Positions 8,794-18,329 of a stretch of DNA of 64,000 nucleotides are shown piece by piece. Both the position numbers and the translations under genes were made by a program. The notes under the pieces are model-generated. The model was not told where the DNA came from and searched no databases. It saw only the letters and a program-made list of their open reading frames with translations. Location of the stretch: positions 7,520,001 through 7,584,000 of the forward strand of contig OY970303.1 of the NCBI GenBank assembly GCA_963716255.1. Direction: 5' to 3'. This stretch comes from an uncultured Gemmatimonadales bacterium (GTDB lineage Bacteria > Gemmatimonadota > Gemmatimonadetes > Longimicrobiales > Longimicrobiaceae). How positions within the stretch are numbered: position 1 is the first letter of the stretch; every line of letters begins with the position of its first letter.

Positions 8794-11700
8794 GAGCCGG
8801 CGGCGACCGGCGGGGCGGGGGCGTCCGTGTCCGGCACCGCCGTGGACTGCGAGCCGATGGCGCGGAAGTGGACGAACCCGCGCCGCCCCTCCGCCTTTTC
8901 CGGCGCCGCCGACGCCGCCGCCGCACCCGCCGCGGACGCGGCGCTCTGCATCAGCGCCGGGCTCCAGGCGATCTTCCCGGCCGGGACGCCGGCCGTGGTC
9001 TCCACCATCATCACCGCGGGGAAGTCCGGGTCGCCGACCGGGCCCGGACGCACCGCCACCACGCCCATGTCGCCGAAACGGCGCACCATCGCCATCATCT
9101 GCTCCTGGGGCGGCGCGCCGTCGCCCAGCATGCGTGTCCAGTCCAGCCGCCGGGAGAACGCCGCCATGCGCTCGTCGCGGGGGCGCGTCGCGTCCATCAC
9201 GAGGGCGTAATCCGCCTCGGTGAGCACCTGGTTGGGGACGCGCGCCGGCCAGAAGGTGGGGAGGTACGGGTCCGGCGAGGGCGTGTACCCCGAGCGGCAG
9301 AACGCCGTGTCCTCCTGCCAGGGAAGCCCCATCCACCGGGTCAGGTCGCCGGGGCCCTGCGCGTGCACCGGCCCGTCCGGCGCCAGCGCCTTTTCCTGCG
9401 TGAGGAACTGGCCGTAGTCGCGGTCCGGCTCGCCGGCGGGGCGGTGGCGGATACGGAACGGCGACGTGTACATGCCGATGTGCCGGACCGGCCAGGTCAC
9501 CTCGCACCCGGGGTGGAAGGCGTCCGCCAGGCAGAAGTGCAGCGCCGCCCGCGTCAGCATCTCCGGCTGCTCGGCCATGGGGAGCGCGCCCACCTCGCGC
9601 ACCGGGTCCGCGCCCGGCCAGTCCGCCACGAACCGGCCCTCGGCCCACAGCGAGAGCGTGCGGTACTGCGTGTCCGTGACCGCCAGGTTGCTCCCGGGCG
9701 AGTCCGGGAAGCCCGGGGCGTCGTCCGCGTCGCCGTAGATCCACGGCCAGGGGAGCGTGGAGTCGTCCGTGGGGTGCGGGTGGCGGAAGGTGCGGAACAC
9801 CTGCCGGCGCAGCTCCCCCCAGGTGTCGAATCCGCCGGCCGCGGGATCGCGGGCCAGCCGCGCCACGTACTCCGGGTCCTCGAAGTCGTTGGGCGACCCG
9901 TAGCCGAACTGCGTGGCGAAGCCGCGGTTGACCCACTGGAGCCCGGACATGCGCTGGAGGATGGGGTACACGTCGCGGGTGAAGGAGACCGCGTCCGGGA
10001 ACGGCATCCACCCGCTCCGGACGTACAGGTCCACGAGCAGGTCGTGGAGCGTGCGCACCGAGATCAGGTCCGGGGCGTAGTTGGGCGGCGCGGTCACCAC
10101 CCACGCGGGCTCCGTCGGGATCTCCCGCCCCTCGATGAACACCCGCGCCGTCACCGGCCCGTCCGACGCGTCGTCGTACCAGCCGTTGGCGTTGATGAAG
10201 GCGTTGGGATCGGTGGTGTCGTAGATGGGCATGTTCGTGGGCGAGCCGGAGCGGCCCCGGCCGCCCAGGAAGAGAAGCCGCCCGTTCTCGTCGGTGCGCA
10301 GCTCGCCCAGGTACACGGGGGTGCCCTGGAACTCGCCCTGGAAGCGGTACTCGCTCCCGTAGGTGCCGGTGCCCTGGATGGTGCGGGTCCCGCCGTCGAT
10401 CGTGAGCTGCTCGCGCGCGGCGCCGGCCACGGAGGCGTTGCGCAGCGGGAGCTTCAGCGCGGCCGCCTCGGGGATGTCCAGCGCGAGCTCCCACTGGTAC
10501 CAGCTCGCCTTGCGGTTGGCGACGTGCGCGGTCCAGTGCACGTCCGCCCAGCCGGGCGTCAGCTCGCGCACCACCTCGCCCGCGGCGTTGTAGCCGTAGA
10601 TGCGGAAGCGCGCGGCCTGCCGCTTGAGCGCCCCCGCGCCGTCCCGGTAGAACGCGGCCGGGCGCGGCTCCGGCTCCGTCACCTCGGGTCCCACGAAGTA
10701 CTCCTCGCTGTTCCCCATGCGCGCGATCCCGATGGCCGGGTGGATCTCGGCGCGCACGACCACGGTGTCCTTCGCGGCGGGGTAGGGCTCGCCGGGGCGG
10801 AACTCGGCCGGGCGGGGCTCCACCGGCTCGCCCAGCGGGACGCCGTTGACGTCGCGCCGCGCCCGGGCGGAGGCGCGGTACGTCACCTTGCGCGCCTCTG
10901 CGATGCTCCCCACCGGCTCGTTCTCGGGGAGGGCGTGCCAGGGGTTGAACGCGAGGTTGTCGCCGTAGTTGGCCTGCCCGCGCGTGTCCAGGTCCTGCGC
11001 CGGGAGCACCAGCGTGGCCACGTGGATCGGGGGAGAGAGCGTCTCGCTCCAGCGCACCGTGGCCTGGTCCAGCGGCATCTGCGCGGCGTCGGTGCGGAGC
11101 TGCACCATGAAGCGGAAGCGCGCCTCGCCGTTGCCCATGCGCCGGTGCAGGTCGGCCCGCAGGTAGAACGGGTCGTCGTAGTCGGGCTCGCCGGCGCGCG
11201 GCGGTACGGTTTCCGGCTCCAGCTTGTACTTGACGAAGCGCCCCTCGCCGAAGCGGAAGGGGATCACGCTCCAGTAGTCGCTTTCCAGCACCGAGGGGAC
11301 CACCACCTCCATGGCGGTCTGGATCTCCGCGGTGACCGGGTGCGCCTTGAGGTACGCGGCGTTGGCGGCGCTCCCCTGCAGGGCGGCGCGGGTGGACTCG
11401 CACATGTCGCGCGCGGTGTCCACGAAGAACACGGGAAAGTTCTGGAAGAGGAAGTCCGCGGTGGTGGCGTCCCGGTCGGGCTCCATCACCTTTTCGCCGT
11501 CCACGCCGAACAGCTTGATCCCCACCCCGCAGGTGCCCTTGTAGTCGGAGCTGCCGGGCTGGACGTCGCTGGAAAACCGCACCCAGGCGGCGTACTCGTC
11601 CTTCTGCCCGAACACGCCCACGCGCAGCTCCCGGGGGAGGTCGGGGCGGATCTCGAAGCGGCCGTGCGCCACGCCGTGCATGCGCCGGAACACCGGACGC

Positions 11701-11861
11701 TCCGCGGGGACCTCGCCCGACTCGATCTGCCCCGCCTGGAAGATGTCCACGAACATCTCCTTGACCCCCTGCACCGGGTCGGTGGCGCAGTCACAGGGGA
11801 GGGGCGGGGACGCGGGCGCGGGGGCCGCTGCCTTCTGGTGCTGCATCGCGTACTTGCACAT
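8790..11861 (-). CDS. Catalase-related heme domain fused to LodA/GoxA-family CTQ-dependent amino acid oxidase
   Basis: N-terminal RPVFRRMHG, WVRFSS, DFLFQNFPVFF, RKVTY; C-terminal IHPAIGIARMGNS, LKRQAARFRIYGY, WYDDASDGPV, FHPGCEVTW, PWQEDTAFC, FWPARVP; exact start uncertain. Confidence 0.9.
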   Translation of the reverse strand: MCKYAMQHQKAAAPAPASPPLPCDCATDPVQGVKEMFVDIFQAGQIESGEVPAERPVFRRMHGVAHGRFEIRPDLPRELRVGVFGQKDEYAAWVRFSSDVQPGSSDYKGTCGVGIKLFGVDGEKVMEPDRDATTADFLFQNFPVFFVDTARDMCESTRAALQGSAANAAYLKAHPVTAEIQTAMEVVVPSVLESDYWSVIPFRFGEGRFVKYKLEPETVPPRAGEPDYDDPFYLRADLHRRMGNGEARFRFMVQLRTDAAQMPLDQATVRWSETLSPPIHVATLVLPAQDLDTRGQANYGDNLAFNPWHALPENEPVGSIAEARKVTYRASARARRDVNGVPLGEPVEPRPAEFRPGEPYPAAKDTVVVRAEIHPAIGIARMGNSEEYFVGPEVTEPEPRPAAFYRDGAGALKRQAARFRIYGYNAAGEVVRELTPGWADVHWTAHVANRKASWYQWELALDIPEAAALKLPLRNASVAGAAREQLTIDGGTRTIQGTGTYGSEYRFQGEFQGTPVYLGELRTDENGRLLFLGGRGRSGSPTNMPIYDTTDPNAFINANGWYDDASDGPVTARVFIEGREIPTEPAWVVTAPPNYAPDLISVRTLHDLLVDLYVRSGWMPFPDAVSFTRDVYPILQRMSGLQWVNRGFATQFGYGSPNDFEDPEYVARLARDPAAGGFDTWGELRRQVFRTFRHPHPTDDSTLPWPWIYGDADDAPGFPDSPGSNLAVTDTQYRTLSLWAEGRFVADWPGADPVREVGALPMAEQPEMLTRAALHFCLADAFHPGCEVTWPVRHIGMYTSPFRIRHRPAGEPDRDYGQFLTQEKALAPDGPVHAQGPGDLTRWMGLPWQEDTAFCRSGYTPSPDPYLPTFWPARVPNQVLTEADYALVMDATRPRDERMAAFSRRLDWTRMLGDGAPPQEQMMAMVRRFGDMGVVAVRPGPVGDPDFPAVMMVETTAGVPAGKIAWSPALMQSAASAAGAAAASAAPEKAEGRRGFVHFRAIGSQSTAVPDTDAPAPPVAAGS

Positions 11862-12083
11862 GGATGGAATGGATTGGGGGTAGGGTGCGCGTGGAGAGCG
11901 ACGCGCGGCGTGGCGCGGGAATGCTGCGCCGGACGCGGAATAGCTTCGGCAGGGGGCCGGCAGGACTTGAGCAGGGGCGCGGCGGGAGGTCGCGGGGACG
12001 GGGGAGCGGGGCTAGATTCGCGGACCCTCGCCCGGCCCGCGCGAGCGCGGGCTCTTCCTTTTTTTCCCGTGACGACACACCGG

Positions 12084-13046
12084 ATGGACCGCAACCTGGG
12101 GATGGAGCTGGCGCGCGTGACCGAAGCGGCGGCGCTGGCCGCGGCCGCGCACGTGGGGCGCGGCGACGGCCGGGCCGCGGACGGAGCCGCCACCGACGCC
12201 ATGCGCGCCGCGCTGGCCGGCGTGGCCGTGAGCGGCGTGGTCGCCATCGGCGAGGGCGAAAAGGACGAGGCGCCCATGCTCTTCAACGGCGAGCGGGTGG
12301 GAACGGGCGCCGCCCCGGAGCTGGACCTGGCCGTGGACCCGGTGGAGGGGACCCGGCTGCTGGCGCTGGGGCGCCCGGGCGCGGTGTCGGTGATCGCCGC
12401 GGCGCCGCGGGGGAGCATGTGGCGTCCCGGGGCCTCGCTCTACATGGACAAGCTGGTGGTGGGCGAAGCCGCGCGCGACGCCGTGGACGTCGCCCGCACC
12501 CCCACGCGCAACCTCCACGCGATCGCCGAGGCGCTCGGGCGGCCGGTGGACTCGCTGGTGGTGTTCGTGCTGGACAAGCCGCGCCACGCCGCCCTGGTGG
12601 ACGAGATCCGCCGTGCCGGCGCCCGCGTCGCGCTGCACACCGACGGCGACGTGATGGGCGCGCTCCTCGCCGCGCTCCCGGACACGGGGGTGGACGCGCT
12701 GATGGGGATCGGGGGGACGCCGGAGGGGGTCGTCTCCGCCGCGGCGGTGCGGGCGCTGCGCGGGGGGATGCAGGGCGTCCGCGCGCCGCAGCTGGACGCC
12801 GAGCGCGAGCGCCTGCGCGCCGAGCTTCCGCCGGGGGAGATGGGCCGCGTGCTGGGGCTGGACGACCTGGTCGCCTCGGACGACGCCTTCTTCGCCGCCA
12901 CCGCGATCACCGACAGCCCCTTTCTCCGCGGCATCCGGTTCTCGGGCGAGTCCACGATCACGACCGAGAGCCTGGTGATCCGCGCCGCCAGCGGGTCGCT
13001 TCGTTTCGTGCGGGGCGTGCATCGGGTCACGGAACGGCCCGGCTGA
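12084..13046 (+). CDS. glpX: Class II fructose-1,6-bisphosphatase
   Basis: MDRNLGMELARVTEAAAL, IGEGEKDEAPML, AVDPVEGT, GIGGTPEGV. Confidence 0.95.
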   Translation: MDRNLGMELARVTEAAALAAAAHVGRGDGRAADGAATDAMRAALAGVAVSGVVAIGEGEKDEAPMLFNGERVGTGAAPELDLAVDPVEGTRLLALGRPGAVSVIAAAPRGSMWRPGASLYMDKLVVGEAARDAVDVARTPTRNLHAIAEALGRPVDSLVVFVLDKPRHAALVDEIRRAGARVALHTDGDVMGALLAALPDTGVDALMGIGGTPEGVVSAAAVRALRGGMQGVRAPQLDAERERLRAELPPGEMGRVLGLDDLVASDDAFFAATAITDSPFLRGIRFSGESTITTESLVIRAASGSLRFVRGVHRVTERPG

Positions 13047-13056
13047 ACGGCGGTCC

Positions 13057-13184
13057 GGGCGTGCCCCCGGCTGCGCCGGGGTCGGGCTTCGGCTCCGTAA
13101 GCCCGCAAACAACGCGGGCCAACGGAGTCGAGCCCCACGATACTGCTGTCGGGTCTCGCCCCTTCGGGCCGAAATCCCTCACGC
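13057..13184 (-). repeat. ~130-nt structured repeat, copy 4
   Basis: Reverse complement of the consensus, between convergent genes. Confidence 0.95.
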
Positions 13185-13229
13185 GAGCTCGCGCTGGCGT
13201 CCGCGGGGACCGCGTTCGGAGCCCACGCC

Positions 13230-14132
13230 TCAGCGCGCGGCGGGCCCCCCGCGCAGCCCGTAGACCAGGCCGCGCAGCGTTCCCCCCAGCACGGCCGCTT
13301 CCTCGCGCGCGGCCTCCATGCGACCGGTGTCGGCGGGCCTCGCCACGCGCCCCAGGCGCAGGAGGAGCCAGCGGGCCAGCACCGGGAGCGCGTACGCGTC
13401 GCCGCCGCGCAGCCAGATCCCGCACGCCGCGCCCATCCCGTGGCCGTACATGGGGCGGCGCGCGCGCCGGTCGGCGGGGGTCTGGCGCTCGTGCAGCACC
13501 AGCGCGTCGGGCTCGTAGCGCACCCGCGCGCCGGCCCGCAGCAGCCGGTAGAAGAGGTCCATGTCCACGCCGCCCTGGCCGGGGGCGCCGGGCCCCAGCC
13601 GCTCGTCGCACCCGCCCACCCGCAGGTACCACTCGCGCGCCAGGGCGAAGTTGTTGCCGCTCCCCACGTGCCAGGGCGCCTGTCTGCCGCGGAAGTCGCG
13701 CCGCTCCGCGGACGCGCGCGTGGACACGGGGACGCGCCGCTCCCCTGAGGGCGCGGCGGGGAGCACGCGCCCCGCGACGACGTCCACGCCCGCCCCCGCC
13801 GCGAGGCTCCGCGCGAGCACGGCGAGCCACGACCGGTCGGGCACGCAGTCGTCGTCCGTCACGGCGACGTACGCGGACGAGGCGGCCCGCACCCCGGCGT
13901 TCTGCGCGGCGGCCAGCCCGCGCGGCTCCTGCGGCAGGTACTCCACCCGCCACCCCTCCGCCCGCAGCGGCTCCACCACGGGGCGTGCGCTCCCGCCGCG
14001 CCCCTGGTCCACCACCACCAGCTCCGCGGGGCGGGCCTCGCCCGCGCGCAGCGCCGCCAGGCAGCGCGCCAGCGCGTCCGGCCGGTCGCGCGTGCAGATC
14101 ACCACCCCCAGCGGGACCGTGGCCGCGCTCAC
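13230..14132 (-). CDS. Glycosyltransferase family 2
   Basis: VVICTRDR, VVVDQ, VAVTDDDC, GVDMDL. Confidence 0.9.
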   Translation of the reverse strand: MSAATVPLGVVICTRDRPDALARCLAALRAGEARPAELVVVDQGRGGSARPVVEPLRAEGWRVEYLPQEPRGLAAAQNAGVRAASSAYVAVTDDDCVPDRSWLAVLARSLAAGAGVDVVAGRVLPAAPSGERRVPVSTRASAERRDFRGRQAPWHVGSGNNFALAREWYLRVGGCDERLGPGAPGQGGVDMDLFYRLLRAGARVRYEPDALVLHERQTPADRRARRPMYGHGMGAACGIWLRGGDAYALPVLARWLLLRLGRVARPADTGRMEAAREEAAVLGGTLRGLVYGLRGGPAAR

Positions 14133-14142
14133 CGGCCGCCCC

Positions 14143-15072
14143 TCATCCCGGCGCGCCGCTCCGCCGGGGCGGCGGCGCCGCGAGGCGGTCGCGGAGCACG
14201 CCGGCGGCGGACCGCAGCGTCGCCGCGGGGCTCTTCGCCAGGGCGGCCAGCGTGTGGCGGGCCGCGTCCCGGAGCTCCCCGCGCGAGGCGTGCACCCGCG
14301 CCAGCGTGAAGAGCCTGCGGGCCAGCACGCGCGTGAGCGCCGCGCGGTTGCGCTCCAGCAGCTCGCCGTCGATCCCCGCGATGAACTCCACCATCTCCCG
14401 GGCGCGCCGCAGATCCTCCCCGCCGGACCACACCCCGCCCGTGTGGATCCTGTACACGGCCATGACCTCCGGGATGAACCCCAGCGGGCCGCGGTCGGCG
14501 GCGAGAAGGTACAGCGGGTAGTCGCCGAAGGGGGCGCGGTGGAACCAGTCGGGGAGGCGCGCCACCACCTCGCGGCGGACCATGGGTGACGGAGAGGGGA
14601 CGAAGTTGGTGACCAGGATGTCGTCCAGGGTGGCGAAGGCCGGGTGCCCTTCCGGGTTCACGGGCGAGGGCGGCCGCGAGCCGTCGTCATGGACACGGTC
14701 CGCGTTGTGGTAGCAGAGCGAGCACGCCGGGTGGGCGTCCAGGAAGTCCGCCTGCCGCTGCAGCTTGTGCTCGGCGGTCCAGTAGTCGTCGCCGTCCTGC
14801 ATGGCCACGTACTCGCCCCGGCAGAGCCGCAGCGTTTCCACGAACATGGGCGTGCCGTTCCGCCCCAGGTTGCGGTCCGGCCGCACCAGGCGGATCCGTT
14901 CAGGGTGGCGCCGCCGGTAGTCGAGGACGATGTCCCACGTCCCGTCGGTGGAGCAGTCGTCGCCCACCACCACCTCGAAGTCGAACGCCGTCCGCTGCGC
15001 GAGGATCCCGTCCAGCGCGCGCGCGATGAAGTGCTCGTGGTTGTACGTGGTCACCGACACGCTGACCTTCAT
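14143..15072 (-). CDS. Glycosyltransferase family 2
   Basis: VSVSVTTYNHEHFI, GDDCSTDGT, QDGDDYW, KLQRQ. Confidence 0.92.
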   Translation of the reverse strand: MKVSVSVTTYNHEHFIARALDGILAQRTAFDFEVVVGDDCSTDGTWDIVLDYRRRHPERIRLVRPDRNLGRNGTPMFVETLRLCRGEYVAMQDGDDYWTAEHKLQRQADFLDAHPACSLCYHNADRVHDDGSRPPSPVNPEGHPAFATLDDILVTNFVPSPSPMVRREVVARLPDWFHRAPFGDYPLYLLAADRGPLGFIPEVMAVYRIHTGGVWSGGEDLRRAREMVEFIAGIDGELLERNRAALTRVLARRLFTLARVHASRGELRDAARHTLAALAKSPAATLRSAAGVLRDRLAAPPPRRSGAPG

Positions 15073-15128
15073 CCCATCTCCTCGCTCATGCCGGGTCCGG
15101 TCGTGTCGGGGTGAAAAGATCGCGGTCC

Positions 15129-15257
15129 GGGCGTGCCCCCGGCTGCGCCGGGGTCGGGCTGCGGCTCCGTAACGCACGAAACAACCGTGCGTAACGGAGG
15201 CGAGCCTCCACGATACTGCCGTGGAGTCTCGCCGCTTCGCGCTCGCATCCCTCACGC
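15129..15257 (-). repeat. ~130-nt structured repeat, copy 5
   Basis: Reverse complement; variant arms with compensatory changes. Confidence 0.95.
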
Positions 15258-15363
15258 GGGGTGGGCGCCGGCGTCCGCGAGGGTGGGCCCCCTCACCCCC
15301 CGGCCCCCTCTCCCCCGCAAGCGGGGGAAAGGGGGAGAACCGCACGGCATCGCGAATTCCGTC

Positions 15364-16590
15364 TCACACCGCCAGGGCGGCGGGCGCGGCGCCGCGGAAA
15401 TGCTCCGCGATCTCGGCGCTCGCCGCCACCGCCGCGCGGATGATGGCGCAGACCGTGGCCACCTCCGGCCCGCCCACGGCCGTGCCGGTGGGGAGCGACA
15501 GGACCCGGCGGGCCAGCCGCTCCGTCTGCGGGAGGTGGAGCCGCGCCTGCGGGAAGTAGGAGCGGTAGGGCTCCATGCGGTGGACGCCGGGAAAGAAGTA
15601 GCGGCGCGCCAGGACGTTCTCGGCGTGGAGCACCCGCTGCAGGGTGTCGCGGTCGATCCCGGCCTCCGCCTCGTCCACCTCCACCACCAGGTACTGGTAG
15701 TTGGACGCCTCGGCGGGGTCATAGCGGAGCAGCGAGATCCCCGGGGTCCCTTCCAGGCCGGCGGAGTAGAGCGCGTAGTTTTCCCGGTTCACGGCCACGA
15801 ACTCGTCCATGCTTTCCAGCGAGGTGAGCCCCATCGCCGCGGCGGCCTCGTTCATCTTGCCGTTGGTCCCCACGTACACCACCTCGTCGTAGTCCGCGAA
15901 GCCGAAGTTCTTCATCAGCCTCACCCGCGCCGCCAGCTCGGCGTCGTCGGTGACCACCGCGCCGCCCTCGAAGCTGTTGAGGAACTTGGTGGCGTGGAAG
16001 CTGAACACCTCGGCGTCGCCGAATCCCCCCACGGGCCGCCCGCGGTGGGTGCAGCCGAAGGCGTGGGCGGCGTCGAAGAGGAGCCTGAGCCCGCGGCGGG
16101 CCGCGATCTCCGCCAGCGCGTCCACCTGGCAGGCGCGCCCCCACAGGTGCACGGCCAGGATCCCGGTGGTGCGCGGCGTGATCAGCTCCTCCACCCGGGC
16201 CGGGTCCAGGGTGTGGGTGCGCGGGTCCACGTCGCAGAACACCGGCGTGATCTCCTGCCACTGCAGCGCGTGCGCGGTCGCCACGAAGGTGAACGAGGGG
16301 ACGATCACCTCGCCCTTCATCCCCAGCGCGCGGACGGCGATCTCCAGCGCGACGGTGGCGTTGCACATGGCGACGCAGTGGCGGACTCCCGCACGCTCCG
16401 CCACCGCGCGCTCGAACTGCTGCACGTACACCCCGTCGTTGGTGAGCCAGCGGCGGTCCAGCAGGTCGTTGATGCGCTCCAGGAGCCGCGCCCGGTCGCC
16501 GATGTTGGGGCGCCCCACGTGGAGCGGCTCGGCGAAGGCCGGCGTCCCCCCCAGGATCGCCAGGTCGGCGGCGGAGAGGGCGGCGCTCAC
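15364..16590 (-). CDS. DegT/DnrJ/EryC1/StrS sugar aminotransferase, DesI/VioA-like (dTDP-4-keto-6-deoxyglucose 4-aminotransferase)
   Basis: LHVGRPN, WLTNDG, VPSFTFVAT, VHLWGR, FDAAHA, FSFHATK (PLP lysine). Confidence 0.92.
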   Translation of the reverse strand: MSAALSAADLAILGGTPAFAEPLHVGRPNIGDRARLLERINDLLDRRWLTNDGVYVQQFERAVAERAGVRHCVAMCNATVALEIAVRALGMKGEVIVPSFTFVATAHALQWQEITPVFCDVDPRTHTLDPARVEELITPRTTGILAVHLWGRACQVDALAEIAARRGLRLLFDAAHAFGCTHRGRPVGGFGDAEVFSFHATKFLNSFEGGAVVTDDAELAARVRLMKNFGFADYDEVVYVGTNGKMNEAAAAMGLTSLESMDEFVAVNRENYALYSAGLEGTPGISLLRYDPAEASNYQYLVVEVDEAEAGIDRDTLQRVLHAENVLARRYFFPGVHRMEPYRSYFPQARLHLPQTERLARRVLSLPTGTAVGGPEVATVCAIIRAAVAASAEIAEHFRGAAPAALAV

Positions 16591-17282
16591 CGGACCCCCA
16601 GGTACATCCCGCGGCCGAAGAGCCCGGCCGCGTCGTACGACGGCTCGATCCCCGCGGCGCGGAAGGCGTCCAGGTACTCGTCGTGGGTGAACAGCCCCAT
16701 GCGGTGCTCCTCGGTGAAGTGCTCCACCCGCTCCGGCGTCCCCACCAGGTAGTGGATGTCCAGCACGGTCTCGTTCCCCTCGCGCTCGCTGGTGTACATC
16801 CACGAGACCTTGAGGTCCGGCTGGTCCACGTGGTTCGCGGTGATCGTCCCCGTCCAGTAGCGGTCGGGCCAGAACCAGGGCTCCACCACCAGCAGCCCGC
16901 CGGGCTCCAGGTGCTCCGCCATGGACGCCACGGCCGCGCGCAGCCGCTCGGGGGTGCGCACGTAGGCGACGGCGCTGAACAGGCACGCCACCACGCCGAA
17001 GGTGCGTCCCAGGCGGAACCCCGCCATGTCCGCCCGGTGCAGGGGGACGCCCGGGAGCCGTTCCGCCGCCACCTCCAGCAGCTCCGGGCTGATGTCCAGC
17101 CCCGCCACCTCGAAGTGCCCGCGCAGGTGCTCCAGGTGGCGCCCGGTGCCGCATCCCACGTCCAGCAGCGAGCGGGCGCCGGGGGCGGCTTCGCGCGCGA
17201 GCTCGCGCAGCCTGCGCGCGGCCTCGCCGTAGTCCTTGAATGCGTACAGCGCGTCGTAGAAGCGGGCCGACTTCGTGAACAT
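16587..17282 (-). CDS. SAM-dependent methyltransferase, DesVI/TylM1-like amino-sugar N-methyltransferase
   Basis: YDALY..KDY, SLLDVGCGTGRH, ACLFSAVAY, HLEPGGLLVVEPW. Confidence 0.85.
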   Translation of the reverse strand: MFTKSARFYDALYAFKDYGEAARRLRELAREAAPGARSLLDVGCGTGRHLEHLRGHFEVAGLDISPELLEVAAERLPGVPLHRADMAGFRLGRTFGVVACLFSAVAYVRTPERLRAAVASMAEHLEPGGLLVVEPWFWPDRYWTGTITANHVDQPDLKVSWMYTSEREGNETVLDIHYLVGTPERVEHFTEEHRMGLFTHDEYLDAFRAAGIEPSYDAAGLFGRGMYLGVR

Positions 17283-17318
17283 GGTCCGGTGCGGGCTGGT
17301 TCGTGTGGGCGGGCGCGG

Positions 17319-18329
17319 CTACCGCGCCGCCGCGGGCCACGCGGCGCGGAAGGCCGGGAAGTAGCCGCCGCGCTCGTCCGGGTCGGCCCCCGCCTCCCGG
17401 CAGAGCGCCGCGTACACCTCCGGCCGGTACACCTCGCGGAGGGAGCCCAGCGGGAGCCGCGCGGCGCCGAAGCGCACCTTGAACTCCGCGACCCCGTCGC
17501 CCCGGCGGACCCCGCCCCCCAGGTTGAGGCGGGGGATCCCCAGCGCCCGCAGGCGCATGGCGCCCTCCCACAGCAGCGCCGCCGACCACCCGCGCCCTTC
17601 CGGGAGCGACACGCCGAACAGGTACTCCGCGCAGTGCGGCGTGTGCGCGAGGACGCAGACCGCCTCCACTCGCCCCCCCGCGCCGGCGCCCAGCAGGATC
17701 ACCTCGTCCAGCCCGAGGAGCGCGTCCAGCGTCGGGCGGGAAAAGGCGTACGCCGCCCCGGCCCCCCGGCCGGCCAGGAACGGGCCCACGTGCTCCAGAA
17801 AGAACGCCGCGAGGCGGCCGCGGTCCTCCACCAGCCACCCCTCCGGCGGGCCGGCCGCCCGGAGCTGGCGGCGCCGGTTCTCGGAAAGGGCGGCGCGCAG
17901 GGTCTCCACGCCGCGGTCCAGCTCCAGCACGTACAGGTTGTTGTGCTCCACGTACCGCGGCGCGTCCAGGAGCGCCGGCGGCGCGAAGAGGGGGTTCAGC
18001 CCCACGTAGGCGCATACCCACCCGCGGCGGCGCGCCAGCGCCCTCCACCCGTCCAGGAAGGCGGTGGACGCCGCCCGCCCGGCGAACCCGCCGAAGCCGT
18101 ACGGCGTCACCGCGTCCACGTGCTCCCCCCAGGGGCGCTCCGCCACCGGGCAGACCACCCGGTCCCCCCCGTCCTCCAGCACGGCCAGGAAGGTGGGCCA
18201 GCCGGTCGTGAGGTGCATGGCGTGGCAGCTCGCCCGGGTGTGCGCGAAGGCGTGGGGGACGCCCCGCAGCGCCGCCCGCCACCCTTCCGGATCGTCCAGC
18301 GCCACCAGCCGCGCCCCGGGCGCGCTCAT
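17319..18329 (-). CDS. GNAT/FemAB-like acyltransferase
   Basis: TPYGFGG, LNLGGG..DGVAEFKVRFG, YFPAFR motifs. Confidence 0.75.
   Translation of the reverse strand: MSAPGARLVALDDPEGWRAALRGVPHAFAHTRASCHAMHLTTGWPTFLAVLEDGGDRVVCPVAERPWGEHVDAVTPYGFGGFAGRAASTAFLDGWRALARRRGWVCAYVGLNPLFAPPALLDAPRYVEHNNLYVLELDRGVETLRAALSENRRRQLRAAGPPEGWLVEDRGRLAAFFLEHVGPFLAGRGAGAAYAFSRPTLDALLGLDEVILLGAGAGGRVEAVCVLAHTPHCAEYLFGVSLPEGRGWSAALLWEGAMRLRALGIPRLNLGGGVRRGDGVAEFKVRFGAARLPLGSLREVYRPEVYAALCREAGADPDERGGYFPAFRAAWPAAAR

Noticed and set aside
8778..12083. Very long Arg/Gly/Pro-rich ORFs (e.g. the 5' part of 8778..13046, 31469..35275, 48060..50168)
   Set aside because: Shadow frames caused by high GC content, opposite or overlapping genes with clear family motifs.
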